A DNA stretch of 54,847 bases, from NCBI GenBank assembly GCA_001275005.1, contig JWZX01002689.1, positions 1 through 54,847 on the forward strand, given 5' to 3'. This DNA is from Chrysochromulina tobinii (lineage: Eukaryota). Below are positions 53,972 to 54,847 of this stretch, in pieces (positions within the stretch are counted from its first letter, which is position 1; every line of letters starts with the position of its first letter). The notes under the pieces are model-generated. The model saw only the letters and a list, made by a program, of their open reading frames with translations. It made no database searches and was not told where the DNA came from. The position numbers were made by a program, and so were the translations under genes.

Positions 53972-54847
53972 TTATGCATGGGCTTTGGGCTGCTCCACCA
54001 CATGCTCCACCTCCTTGGAGAGGGGTAGCTCAGAGTCGGTCTGTCCACAGGATGCCTGCATGGGCTCCGCGATCGCCTCCCCGATGGGCTTGTCGGCGCG
54101 GATCCGCTTCCGCGCCACAGGCAGCACCTCCCGCCAGCCCGAGTATTGGTCCTCGGGTGGCTTGAGCACGCACTTGAGCGGTGCATGCACCACGCCGCGG
54201 TCTCCGAGCCAGTGGTGCCGAGGCTGGCGTGTGTCAACCATGGGACGGGGTTTCGTCGGTCGGATGGGCGCCGCTTGGATAGACGGCTTGGGCGGCCAGG
54301 TGCTCGCCGCGCTCGCTGCAACTCCGGGGGCACAGCCGAGCGCTGCGTCCGCCGCTGTCTCCCTCTCATATGCTATCGCACTCACCCGAACGGCCTGGTG
54401 GGTGGAGCTGTCGTCGTACGCGGCCGGCAAGCCCTGGCGCATTAAAAGGGCGGCTCCGAAGCCAGTGACGTGGCGGGTGCCCGCGAGGCAGCTGATGGCG
54501 CTGCGCGCATCCAAGGGCTTGTCGAAGATGATGAGCGCATGCGCCGCGCCGCGTGCCACATTGCGTATCGTCAGATGGGCCGGCGTCAGGTTGTGATTTG
54601 CGAGCCAGGCACGCACCCATGTTTCGGAGATCGACACCGGCGTCGGCCACGGACCAGTACGCGCCTCGAGGGCACCTTTGACCATCACCAACCGCCCCGT
54701 ACGCCCTGCCTCGTCCAGGACCGCCGGCGCGATCGGCGCATCGAACGCACGTGGCGCCGCCCCCGCCGACGAGGCCCCCTCGGGAGCGCCGAGATGGGCG
54801 CGCGCTCTTCCAAGGTCGCGTTCTCGCTCGAGGCCGCGGGGCGCCGA
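53972..54847 (-). CDS. 3' part of a hypothetical protein with an RRM-like segment, continuing beyond the right edge
   Basis: The frame is open to the window edge. HALIIFDKPLDARSAISCLAG resembles RNP1 plus helix. Confidence 0.45.
   Translation of the reverse strand, partial: SAPRGLERERDLGRARAHLGAPEGASSAGAAPRAFDAPIAPAVLDEAGRTGRLVMVKGALEARTGPWPTPVSISETWVRAWLANHNLTPAHLTIRNVARGAAHALIIFDKPLDARSAISCLAGTRHVTGFGAALLMRQGLPAAYDDSSTHQAVRVSAIAYERETAADAALGCAPGVAASAASTWPPKPSIQAAPIRPTKPRPMVDTRQPRHHWLGDRGVVHAPLKCVLKPPEDQYSGWREVLPVARKRIRADKPIGEAIAEPMQASCGQTDSELPLSKEVEHVVEQPKAHA

Overview
GC-rich, gene-dense, intron-poor eukaryotic nuclear DNA. It is most consistent with a haptophyte microalga (Chrysochromulina/Prymnesium/Emiliania-like). 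That taxon is inferred from the compact intergenics, short GT-AG introns with GTGCG/GTGAG donors, and signal-plus-transit-type presequences. About 26 protein-coding genes can be supported, and I recognised no rRNA, tRNA, CRISPR array or autonomous transposon. The main feature is a three-exon gene of about 3,326 aa (28836..18583, minus strand). It has about 19 modules, each with two Sfi1-type (L-x3-aromatic-x2-W) motifs exactly 33 residues apart, and six C-terminal EF-hands. It is a candidate Ca2+/centrin contractile-filament scaffold, possibly for haptonema coiling or flagellar roots. The window also has a second Sfi1-like protein, a Tem1/Spg1 GTPase, a kinase-less NEK C-terminal-domain protein, an EF-hand protein and an RIIa/Dpy-30-like protein. 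Other notable genes are a His/Gly-repeat poly-Glu type I membrane protein, a minimal SUZ12-like VEFS-box protein, a Tudor-Tudor-AlkB dioxygenase, a DPH1-GNAT fusion, an alphaproteobacterial-like RarD transporter and an Abi (WAVE complex) subunit. Inverted pentanucleotide arrays recur upstream of genes. All domain calls come from reading motifs by eye; no searches were run.
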